Positions 52,401 through 64,000 of a stretch of DNA of 64,000 nt are shown here, in pieces (the first letter of the stretch is position 1; each line of letters begins with the position of its first letter). The stretch spans positions 30,630,001 to 30,694,000 of the forward strand of contig NC_087437.1 of assembly GCF_036321535.1 (NCBI RefSeq), read 5' to 3'. The notes below the pieces were generated by a model that worked only from the letters and a program-made list of their open reading frames with translations, did not search any database and was not told where the DNA came from. The DNA comes from Camelus dromedarius (taxonomy: Eukaryota). The position numbers were made by a program, and so were the translations under genes.

Positions 52401-53124
52401 GGGCTAAGACGCCAGCATCATCCACTGCAGCAAGCAAGTATACATAGTCAAAACGTCCTTGGCAGGGCTGGCATCTGAAACAACGTGCTACTTAAATTAT
52501 TTACGTAGCTGCCTTATGCTTTCTCCATGATGTTCCCTATCACACAGAAACACCATTTGGTTAAAGTAAAATTGAAAAATCAAGTCCAGGAAAGTCTTGA
52601 GACTTCTCCCTTCCTCAAACCTGGGAGTAGTCAGTCCACTAGAGCTGTACAGCTAACCAGAGACGGAGCCCCCCAGCCATTCCTCATAACTCATCCCTCT
52701 GAGTAATAATCACCCATGTCCAAGACGAAATATTCTTCCAGTGTCATCTAAGTTACTTCAGGGTCAGCATAATTTCTCCATGTTCTGTCTTCAGTTGAGA
52801 TAGATAACAGTAATTACCACTCTCTATAAAAGTCATTCTCCAGCCATGCTGGATCAGTAGATTCCATAAAATCAGATGAGAAACAAGGGAACAAAGGCAA
52901 GACTCCAGTGGCAGGTGAACAAGGGAAGCGTTCCGGAGGCGTCAGATTAAGTAACCTCATCACACATTCCGAGTACTGGAAGGTGTCTGCGGCTAGTCTG
53001 TAATACAGGCTACAAATTCAGGCAGATACCAACAATCTCTCTGATCCCATATTCTCCCTCTGGTATCCTTAATATTTTTAGAAAAGTTTATTTGGATAGA
53101 GTGCAGCAATGTTCAAGAATGTTA

Positions 53125-53315
53125 AGGGAAAGAACCTACTGTACAGCACAGGGAACTATATTCAATTTCTTATAATGACATAATGGAAAAGAATCTGAAA
53201 AGAAAAAATATGTATGTATGTTTATGTATAACTGAATCATTTTGCTGTACACTTGAAACTAACATTGTAAATCAACTACACTTCAATAAAAATTAAAAAA
53301 AAAAAATAAGAAAGA
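53125..53315 (+). mobile_element. L1 3'UTR end
   Basis: CTACTGTACAGCACAGGGAACTATATTCAA...CTTCAATAAAA plus tail. Confidence 0.88.
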
Positions 53316-56300
53316 AACAGGCATTCGCCCATTATATAACACACACACTGTTCTTGTCCATTATGCCCCAGATCTCAATATGAACACAAATTTGACGTAC
53401 TGGTTGCAATCCTGATATTTCAGCCATTTGGCACTCTGCTTTTTTTCATTTGTATTATAAACAGTTTTCCATGTCTCTACACCATCTTAATAATTATTTT
53501 AATTGCTGCCTAACAGAATAGCATAAATATTTAAAGAGCAGAACAGATGAGTAGGGAATTACATTTCCAACATTATTACATAATTAGAGTTTTAAAACTC
53601 TTAACAGAGTCTCATCTGTAAAATGAAAGGCACAACAAAGCGCTCTATGACGTCCTTTAGAATTCAACTCTTTAAAAGGATTAAATCAATCGTTTCTGCC
53701 ACAGTCAGTTTAAAATGAGTAAAGTTCCTCGGGGGTTATCAGCTCACTAAGTTCCTCAAGCAGAAAATGCTGTTTAAAAATACACTTCTGAGTTGAAGTA
53801 CTGTGATAGAAAGTACCATTTGGGGGAGGGGGGTGGGTTCCCAACATTCCTACTCAGGCTAGATGGCATCCAAGAGGGTTTACTTCTTCAAGCCAAGGTT
53901 GAATGAGAGATAACCACATCCTGTTAGGAATGCCATACATGCCACCTGATGGTGATCTGTTTTAGCAGCTTTGAAATATAGCTTACATACATGAAAATTC
54001 AGCTGTTTTTGAAAGGTACAGCTTCATGACTCTGGTATATTTAGAGCTGTGTGAGGATCTAAACTGAGACTGTTTCCATCACGCCCATCGGCAGGCACTT
54101 CCCACTTTCAGCCACAGCCCTAGACGACCCCTGACCTACTTTCCCATGTCTGCACGTAGGCCTTTTCTGAATGTTTCAAATAAATGAAAATCGTGCATTA
54201 TGTGGCCTCTGTCACTCAGCATAATGTTTCTGAGGTTCCCGTGGTGACTGTGTTCATTTATTCTGTCTTCTCTTTCCGCTATTCCCCTGACATCACATTA
54301 AACTCTTCTACCGCTGCTTAGGGTGAAAATGATGCAGAATGAGAGATGGGCTGAATATATAACATACACATGCACACAATGGAGTACTACACAACTATAA
54401 AGGATAAGAGGATCTCTGTGAACTGATGCGGAGTTTCCAGGAGTAAGTGAAGGAGGCAAAGTGTAAGCAAGCATGTATACATATACAGTATGCTACTTTT
54501 TACATAACAAAGGATGGGTCTTTTTTTAAATATATAAATAGCTGCTTATCAATACAAACAGAAACACAAGAAGGATAACCCAGAAAACAATAAAGCTGGT
54601 TACCTCTAAGCGTGAGAGAGAACTGAGTAAAAAGATAAGAAAGGCAGTGACACCTCTCTTAGTATCCTGTATGTTCAAAATTAAAATTCAACCAATGAGA
54701 ATGAGAGGAGGGGAAATAAACACAAAAAGTGAACAAAAACATACACACGCACACACCAAGCTACTTGTGTATGGATTTGTATGTTTGTGGATATAGATAC
54801 CCACGTACGTTTCTTAGCTCTGTTCTTTTAAAGGCCAAGAAGCAAAATCACCTCCACCAGTAATAACCACACTTGGTGCCCTGCTCATTCTCTACTTTAA
54901 AGGTCACTTTGAAATGGTTTCTCACACACAGGGTCACAGCCATGCTTGTGTTGAGGTCATACAAAAATATCACTTGCACTCTTTTGTCAACGCACCTATT
55001 CTGGGACACTGATCAACAAACTGTGCATTAGCGAGCAAAAAAAAAAAAAAGTCCAAATCTTCTGCAAGAGAATCTTTTCAGCAGAAAGGTACATGAAAAA
55101 TGTGAATTGATGTCTTGCCAGCTTCCACAGATCAGAGTAAATCTGTGTAACTAAAAGGGATTAGTTTCTGAAAACAATTTCATTTCTATCTGAAAAGGGT
55201 GCCAAATAATGCAGGTAATGTCTCTGTCAAAGGAAGGAGAGGGAGATTGCCCCGAAGCATCAGAACAGAAGTAAAGGGTATGCTAAATTCTCAGCACAGA
55301 CCAAAAACGTATTTCGGGACCTGGTACTTGGTGAGCACTGAGACCTCTTGGTGATGGGCTGGATGATAATGGGTCCAGGCTCAGGGGCAGAAGGAGGGCT
55401 AGCAGAAAGAGTTCTGGTTTGGGTTCGGTCGCTAGCCAGCTGTGTAAAATTCAGAAGGTCACAGTGTATCGCTGATTATTTCACTTCCCTCAACCCAGAA
55501 ATGCCTTTTCCTCTAAGTTCTGTGAGTCTATAAACAGCTGATGTGGCTTTCACAAGTATTATTTTATCTTTCCATACGCTGAGAGCCTCATTCATCCAGA
55601 AGCCTATTAGAATAACTTGAAAGAAAAACAAAAAACCTGATTAACATCTGGATATCTTACAACAGACACGAATTCTCCAAGTGACCGTTATATAAAATAT
55701 AACTGCTCTCACAAGGAATGGCGTCAACTTGAAACACTCTTCTTTGCCAGTAATAAGGCCTCAAAGTCAAATAATAGCTTATGACTAAGTGTGCTTTCAA
55801 ACAGCGTAGAGAGCGCCACGCTCATTAAGTCATGATTCTTCCCACTGAAGAGCAAACAATGCAGAGTTCATTGATTTTTTTTTTTTTCATTGCCTAAATC
55901 ACTCCTGGGAGAAGATAAGATTATCTGAAAGGCTTTTAGAAACTAATTGGTTAGCAGTAACATTTTGGAACTTGTTTGCCAACTCTACCTGCACATAGTC
56001 TGCAAGGTTATTAATACGTATGGGAGGATTTAGGTCAAAGAAAGGGTGAAATGAATTAATCAGTAACTTTTTAAATGTCAGAACCTTTTTTCTATTTTAT
56101 AAAGCCTTTCACATAATACTTTCCTTTTTATTAAGACCCATTTTATATTCAACAGTAGTTTCTGTCCCATATTGGTTGGCCCTGAGAAACAAATGAAATA
56201 CAAACAAGAATTCATAACAATACAGTTTTGTTGGTTTTACTTGATGTTATCCCATGAGGAAGGGGGATGTGAATTAATTTTTAAAATTCTAAATTTGGTC

Positions 56301-57791
56301 CCATCTACCACGTAAAGCGTTTTCTATGTCAACATAAGATCAGAAATGACGATGTCGTCACCATTCCACAGTATGGTTTGTTATGAGATACATATATATA
56401 TAAAGGACTACAGGTCCTGCTCTGTCATTTACTTAGTGATATGACGAACTGGCTATGTGGGAGCAAAATTCCCAAGCTACAACAGATACGATTGTATTTG
56501 TAGTTCTCCACCCTGGCTACACATTAAAATCACTTGGGGACCTTCTTTAAAGTGTTGATCACAGATCCCCACCACATGTCAATTAAATCAGCATCTCTCA
56601 GGATGGAGCTGGACGGAGCATCTATTTTATTCGTTGGTTTGTTTAAACTTCCCAGAGTCTACTGTGCACCCAGACTGAAGACTGCTGACATAACATTAGG
56701 TGACTTATTCCTCTTAAGATCTCTGTGAAGTAAGTGGAGATAACTAACTGCCTCTCACTGTAGAGTCAGAGAAATGAAGAACCTGTCTGAGGTCATAAAG
56801 CTAGGCAGCACCAGAACCAGGTTTAAATCAGGTGCCCTGTGCCCTCGGGCAGCTCTCCTTCCATCTCACCACATGGAAAGTCTGCCTTCAAGTCCTGCCC
56901 AGGCCACTAACTGGCCCATCACTGATAAACCTTTCCAACACCTCTGACTCCAGTTTTCTGATCTATAAAAATAACTAATCGGTTTGCTGGTTCCTTAGAC
57001 CCCTTCAACCAAATACTTAAAGTCTGTAATACACCAGGTCTAGCTTTTAGAAACTTTATATATCACAGTGATACTACTTCACATGAATACAAGACTGGTA
57101 TGTAGTATGTAAAAATAACAATAAAATAGGGGATGCAATGGAAAAAATTAAGGACAAAAAGGAATGGGGCTGGGGGATGTGGCACGGATCAGCTGAACTC
57201 CAGAGGAGACAGTCTGAGCCTGACCCCCGAAGACCGTGATGAGAGCGCTTGGTGCCTTTTTTAAATGGTTCTTGTTCCAGGTCTGTGTACATTTTTAATC
57301 CCCACTTAGCACATGTAAACAGTAGCTGTGAGTACTCTAAAGGAATTATACTCTGTTTACCACCTTAAAAACTAGACCTCAGTATTTGTTTTCAGTAACT
57401 AGAAAGCCAGTTTCATTTATTGCTTACTCCTAACCTTCTTGGTTGTTTCCTGGGTGATGCTGGGCAAAGGGACTTAGTGAGATTTAACCTTCCCTAAAGC
57501 CAGTAACATATTTTCTCTTAGTTCTACGAGAACTGTCATGTCAAAGCACAAAAGCATGTCTACTGGGAGCATGTTAAAAAGAATAAGAAGTTTACTAGAC
57601 CACACATTAATTTCAGAATACTAGCTTCTTGTCTGACTTGAGCTAACGCTCAAGATAGACATATACACGGCTGTTAGGAGATCAAAGCCCAGTGAGGTCC
57701 TTGAACAAATCCAACTTCTCCTAAGGCAGCAACCAGTCTCCAGGGTTGGCTTTAAGATACAGACCCCCAGACTATGTCTGGGAAATCCTTG

Positions 57792-58525
57792 TGAGACAAG
57801 AAGGAAAGGGGCAGGACACAGCCATTAAAGCAATGTCACAGCAATTAACACCAAGATGGCAGAAGATTCAACTCCCGGTAGGCCTTGAGGCCCAAGATGG
57901 CAGGAGATCTGACTTCTAGTAGACCTTGAACTGCATTATATGCTCATTGCATTATGTTACCATGGGAAATGACACACCCATAGGCACCATGACGGTTCTG
58001 AGGCTGACCATAAACGGTCAAAAAGTGGGTAGTGGTCCATTTCCTAGGAATCCCAGCCCTTTCCCCAAAGTAGCTGGAATAATCCTCCCACTTGTTAGCA
58101 TCTAAAGTTATCAAGCCCATAAAAACTAACCACCCCACACCGAAAGGCCACTCTCCCTTCTGAGTGAGAGAGGGCCCACGGCCTCTCTATGGAGTGTGTA
58201 TCCACTTTTACTTTAAATGAAACACCCACCCCCATGTCTCGTGGCCTCTCACTCCTGCACCTTCCGAGATGGCTTACACTTCGTGTACGACTGGCGTATG
58301 TATCTAACTTTTACTTTGAACTAAGCACCCAACCCCCACACCTCATGGCCTGTCTCTTCGGAGACAGCCAGCACTCCGTCTATGGAGTATGTATCTCTCT
58401 GAATAAATCTATCTTTACTCGCTGTGGCTCACCTTTGAATTCCTTCCTGCACAAAGCCAAGGACCCACACTTGGCAGGGCACGTCCCAGGGACTCCTCTT
58501 GTCCCGCATTCATTTTCCTGTATCA
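57792..58525 (+). mobile_element. Intact solo ERV LTR (class I-like) inserted in a MER5A-like relic
   Basis: TG...CA termini, exact 4-bp TSD CTTG (57788-57791 and 58526-58529), AATAAA at ~58402. MER5-like GAATCTGCATTTTAA...CCCAGGTAATTCTGA resumes downstream. Confidence 0.85.
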
Positions 58526-60619
58526 CTTGTTGCTTGAGAATCTGCATTTTAAAACCTCTCCCAGGTAATTCTGAGGCCCATTTAAGTTTGGAAACCACAG
58601 CTCCAGGCACCACTACTGCCCACCTTGCCTGTTTAGCATGTGGTCAGTGGGAGCCAGTTTCCCAGTTCAGCGCTGGACTTAAATTCAGAGTCATTTTGGT
58701 GAAAGAAGTAAAGGCTTACTAGCTCGGCTGTATGTCAGGATGTCAGCACAAGGTCTCATCCCCTACTGATAAAATAGGAAATGTCCCAGTTTAAGCGAGG
58801 GTTAAGAGATACGAAATTCCGGCTTTCAAGTAATCATTATCAGTTATTTCTCTATCACCTCTTGTCCCCTTGGGGGATGGTCAGTACCTCACAATTTCAG
58901 ATGTGTTCTAACTGGTGCATAGCTGCTAAGTAGGACAGAGGTGCTTTCTTAGTTTTGAGCCCATGACCAGTCAGCATTTTACCTGCTCTCACCCATACCC
59001 CATCCAGAGTCATCTCTATGAAAAGCAAGATACCTCAACAGGAAACTCACACAGTGGGCTCCACACACTAACATAGTACAAGTATTTACTGAAGTTGTTA
59101 TCGTCTCATTCATTTCTCAAAGTCACTGTACACACTTTCCACCTACCTCTTGCATGGATTTTAATTGAAATTTAAAAGAGAAAATGTATTTTGTAATCCA
59201 AAAATTTCATATACACCCAACAGTTCCCAATTCTTACACTCAAGCCCCTATTTCCCTCACCAACTATTGGTTAACAGAGTTGATTTTTTGCTGTTTTTGG
59301 CAAAAAAAGTCAAGAAAGTTTAACTGATTTCAGGCAAACTGTCCTACTTTTGTACACAGAAGTTCTGCTTCTGTGTGCCTGCAAGGCTTTCTGTCTGAGT
59401 CAAATAACAGACAACGGAGGAAGGGATCACATTTTCTAGAAAACAAAGCACTGCCCCGCCCCCAAGCCTTTGTTGTCTTCAGGCCATTGGTCTCCCAGGG
59501 GCTCAAGGTTTCAGACCACCTGCTGAGTTGAAGCACAGCCAGCTGGCAATCAAGTTGTAAGGCATTTAAAGCAAACACCTCGTTTCTGTAGCAGGTGTTT
59601 TGAGGGGGTGGGCAGGAATCCATGCTAAAAAAATATGTAAAAATAGATATTCCCTGTGGTGAGGAAAGTGCCTGGAGAACCCCCTCAGGTTTATTTTTCA
59701 AAAATTATTTGTCCCCATCCAAATCCTAGTCCTAATACCAAAAGCTCTCCTCTTTTTTTTTTTTTTAAATGCCACATAAACATCACTAAGTAGCTGAGCA
59801 TTCACCACAGCCTATTTGTGGCACTCTGATTAGAGTCGCTATCCCAAATCACTGCACTATAGATCTTAAAATCATTTTTCTAAAGTAGAAAGACCTAAAA
59901 ATGGGAGAGCGATGAAAAAAACTTAAAACTCCTTTTAAGCAAAATTCGCATGTGTAATCAGAGTAGATGTGCTTATAAAGTTTCTAAATAGTCAATCCCA
60001 GAAAAAAGGCCAGCATTAAAACCAAAACTATCTGGTAACAAGATTTCTTGAGTCTCTGCATTCAGAAATAATGACACGCCTTCACACACACACGTATGAG
60101 AACACAAACATTTACACACTTCTGCAGCAGTGCGAGGGTGACTTCCAAGCAAGAGTAAACAGGGCTGAAAAGTGTCTACAATCATCCTGATTGGTGGGGT
60201 GGATCCTGGGAGGCATACAGCAATTGACAAGGGACAGAAAAAAATGTCAGGGAGGGCAGGGAGGGTATTGGGGGTGGGTCAAGAGAGAGTAGGAAATATA
60301 AACACAAGGGTGGCAGGGACAAGAAGGAGCAACTGGAAGCAAACCTTGATGGTGAAGAAGAGAGTAAGAAAGAACCAAAGGAGGAAAAAACAGCTGTAGT
60401 CCAGGAAGAAAGTAAGAGGTTGGCAGGAGAGTTGACACCTGACAGCCATCTTAATGTCAGAAGCATAGGGTGCTAGGAGAGTCATATGTGACATCAGTAG
60501 GTCAGTGGAATGCAGGACCCATTTCAGACTGCAGTCTATACAATTTCAAGCACATAAGCAATATCATGTAACTATGTCGGTCCTCATAGAAGCTCCCCCA
60601 GAGCAGGGCTTTTACACTT

Positions 60620-61350
60620 TCTATGATACAGGCAAAGGACAAAAGCCCTAATGGAAAAGGATGATCAGTTTAACTGCATCTAAAAATATCTACATAAGCC
60701 AAAAATACAATTCAAAATAAGCAAAGACTAAGAGAAAACATTTGCAAAGAGACATAACAGAAAAAGGATTAATATCCATAAAGGGTTCCTGAAAGTCAAT
60801 AAGCAAAAGGATAAGAGGAGACAATTCACAGAAGAAATGACCAATAAATAGAGGAAAATGCTTAACCTTCCTCATGGTTAAAAGTTTAAAGTCAAAAGTG
60901 AAATACTTTGAAAAGCACAAATTTTAATATAAAAAAAAGCAATTGTGGATGAAGTTCCAAGGCTGATAATAAGGTCATAACTTAGGTAACATTACTTGCA
61001 TCAATTTAGCAATGTTTGTCTAAATTTAAAATAAACGTGCATTTTGACCTTGCAATCACAGTACCAGGGATTTATCCTGTACGGATATTGGAATAATAAA
61101 GCAAGAGATAGAGAGAGGTAACATGGCTGATCATTGCCACTTTGTTTGTAATTGTCTAAAAACCAACTAGAAATCATCTAAACATCCACGAGACCTGATT
61201 AAATAAATTATGAGTCAATCATAAAAATAGTATGATGTCATTAAAAATAATACCATACATCTAAATTTGCCAAAATGGACAGCTGTCCAAGATTCACATT
61301 AAGTGAATAAAAAGTTACAAAGCAGTATTTACAGCACCATGATTCTACTT
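60620..61350 (+). mobile_element. Ancient L1ME-like ORF2 3' remnant
   Basis: GAGAAAACATTTGCAA, AGACAATTCACAGAAGAA and TTTTGACCTTGCAATCAC motifs. Confidence 0.6.
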
Positions 61351-61353
61351 GAG

Positions 61354-61386
<33 letters not shown>

Positions 61387-61834
61387 GTTATATAGTCTTG
61401 GAAATTTTCTGAAATTTGTGGAAAGGAAATGGTATTTAAAGAGGAAGAGACAAGAGTTCTTCAATTTCCACCTTAAAGCCTTCTGTATTGTTAAAGAATT
61501 TTCTTGTCTTTGCCATGAGCAAGTATTGCTTTGAAAAAGAATTTTTTTAACATATGGAAGGTGTCATATTTACTTTAAAATTGCACATAATTTGCTAGAG
61601 CAAGCAAAAGAAAATATTGCCACTCCTTTGTAATTTTGCTATCTGCAAATATGATGTAGCAAAAAGAAAGCCAAAAGACCTGCATACAAATCCTGGATTC
61701 ATTTCTCAGTCACACTGTCACCAGGCAGCTGACTCTGGGCCAGTCACCTCACATGTTCAACACAAGCATCATGGTAAAGATTCAGTGGGATAAAGTATAA
61801 AAAGTGTCTTGCAGATGACTGTTTACAGAGGTTT

Positions 61835-62296
61835 TGGTATGTTTATACAATGGAATACTATTCAGCCATAAAAAATAAAATAATGCCATTTGCAGCAACA
61901 TGGATGGACCTGGAGATCATCAAGTGAAGTAAGTCAGAAAGAGAAAGAAAAATACCATATAATATCACTTATATGTGGAATATATATTTTTAAAAAAGCA
62001 CAAATAAATTTATTTACAAAAAAGAAACAGACTCAGAGATAGAAAACAGACTTAAGGTTACCAGAGGGGGAAAAGGGGTGGGGACGGGAGTTAGAGATTT
62101 GCAGATACTAACTACTATATATAAAACAGATAAACAAGTTTATACTATATAGCACAGGGAACTATATTCAGTATCTTGCAGTAACCTATAATGAAAAAGA
62201 ATGAAAAGGAATATATGTAGATACACATATGACTGAAACATGCTGTACACCAGAAATTAACACAACATTGTAAACTGACTATACTTCAATTTTAAC
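61835..62296 (+). mobile_element. Young 5'-truncated L1
   Basis: ACAATGGAATACTATTCAGCCATAAAAA to CTATACTTCAATT; flanking AAA(G)GTGTCTTG direct repeat. Confidence 0.88.
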
Positions 62297-62559
62297 AAAG
62301 GTGTCTTGTTCAATTCTCAGCACACATTACACCTTCAACAAAACTAGTTTCTTTCCCTCTTCCTAAATGATATGAGAGCTCAGAAAAAAGCAGCATCTCA
62401 AGGCACTGTCAGCAGATTCTGGATCATTGAAAAGTCTACCTCAGGACAATAAAACCACTTCCAAATGTTGAAGGAACTTGAGTTTCTACGCCACCCTATG
62501 CAGCATGGCCTAATCCTGGGGTATTCATTCCAGTTCACACACAGATGACTCCAAATGTC

Positions 62560-63395
62560 AATCTCCAGCACCACCCTCCTCCTTCAGTTTCAGCCTTCAG
62601 TTGTATGTACAACTGCCGGGTGCCAGTGCTGGGACATCGAAGAGTCTTAAACATCACGTAAATCTTAGACTTGCTCTGCCCCAGACTCTCTGTCTCAGTA
62701 ACTGGCTCCCCTCCATCCCCTAACTGTTTAAGCCCCAAACTAAGACGTCATCGTTGTTTCCCTTCTCCATCCTTCACAAAGCCTGACTCTTCATCTAAAG
62801 CACAACTCAAATCCACCATTTCTATCAATATGACAGCCCCATGATCCAAATCCCCCATCATCTCTCTCCTGGATGTCTCAGCATTCCAGTTGACCTCCCT
62901 GCTCCCCCAACCCCATAAAATTCTCCATGTCATAGCTAACGTAGTTTTTCTTTTTAAAGGTCAGGTAGACTTTTCAAAATGATCCAACAGCCTCCAAGAT
63001 TATTAATCCCAAACTCTTCGCTACAGCCTACATGATCTCACTCCAGCCTGTCTCCTTACTCCCCCTTCCTATAATCATTGGGCTCCACACAGTCCTCCAG
63101 GCACTCTGCCTCTCTCTCAAATGCTTTCCCTCCACATCTTTCCAGGACTGACTCCTTGAAATTCAGGTTAGGATTAAGTAACCCAGAGGAGTAGGTGCTG
63201 ATGCCTCAATCTGGAGAGGCCTACTGGTTGTCTCTTACTAACACCTATTTACTTCCTTATTTTCTGTCACTGCTCACGAAGATGTAAGCTCTAAGAGAAC
63301 AGAAATGTTTTATTCACTCATGATTCCCTGTGTCTAGAACAGGGCCTGGCACACAGTGGTGATGCCATACATTTTTGTTCATTGCATCAATGATT
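62560..63395. mobile_element. Degenerate L2
   Basis: CCATCATCTCTCTCCTGGA and TAGAACAGGGCCTGGCACACAGT L2 3' motifs. Confidence 0.65.
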
Positions 63396-64000
63396 TTGTG
63401 GTTCCCGGTGAACAGACCTAAAAGAGATCCCCAACTCTTTTCTGTTGCCGTGAAAAATAAAGAATATTTTATGGAGAAAAAAAAAAAAACCTGGGGGTTG
63501 ATTTGTTTATCATAGGAACACTGGTTTTTTTTTTTTTAGCATTTAAATCTAAGGTTTGACTAAGCGTCAATACAAATGGTGAGACATGCTAACTATTAAC
63601 TTAAGTGGCAATCAATGTGTTGTTGTGTCTGCTAATAGTGAAGAATATGATTTGAAAGTGTTTCATTAGACCTTTCAGAGTACAGCAGAGTCACCTAGCT
63701 GGCAGGAGAATTCATTCATTCAAAATATTTTATTCTCCCAGAACTCCAAGTTCAATATAAGGAAACTTCCTAAAGCAGTTCATAAGCTGTCTGTGAGATT
63801 TCACCGTATTATAGATGAGGCAGCATTTTTATAGATCCTTCAGTTTTTGTGGTGATTCAGCCCCTCATCTGATATCCACCACCTACATTTGCTTTTTTTC
63901 TGACTCCTGCACTGTACTGAGTCACACAAAGGTAAGGTTCTAACATTACATTTGTATACCATGCATCGTAGGAAAAGGAGAAAAGACTAGAAGGCTTTAT

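Noticed and set aside
58189..58722. 177-aa ORF, the longest in the track
   Set aside because: It lies across the solo LTR and MER5-like relic and has no recognisable domain.
1..64000. A novel multi-gene system, CRISPR array or prokaryote-type operon
   Set aside because: The window is explained by one spliced vertebrate gene plus repeats. I saw no repeat-spacer array and no unexplained long ORF.

Overview
Mammalian genomic DNA covering an internal part of PLCH1 (phospholipase C eta 1) on the minus strand. The tRNA-derived SINEs and young L1 3' ends look artiodactyl, most likely camelid; this is an inference. Nine consecutive coding exons lie at 49445-49299, 47141-46898, 39077-38948, 35307-35137, 25921-25828, 23937-23734, 14630-14510, 10865-10694 and 4484-4377. 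They total 1391 nt and join in one open frame encoding the PH domain, EF-hands, catalytic X-box and the start of the X-Y linker. The start-codon exon and the Y-box/C2 exons were not found and presumably lie outside the window. The rest is intron filled with L1, L2, MIR, tRNA-SINE, LTR and DNA-transposon relics. I found no evidence for a new multi-gene system. The most notable observations are: (1) a 7820-nt U12-type intron with non-canonical AT-AA ends at the PH/EF-hand boundary, where a 1-nt slip to the overlapping AG or intron retention gives an immediate stop; (2) a tailless 5'-half tRNA-Thr(TGT) retrocopy with a perfect 15-bp target-site duplication; (3) an intronic copy of an exon end plus its donor site, about 1 kb upstream of a rare GAG acceptor; (4) a possible L1/mRNA-3'UTR chimeric retrocopy. 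Repeat family names are from recall and repeat boundaries are approximate unless a TSD is given.
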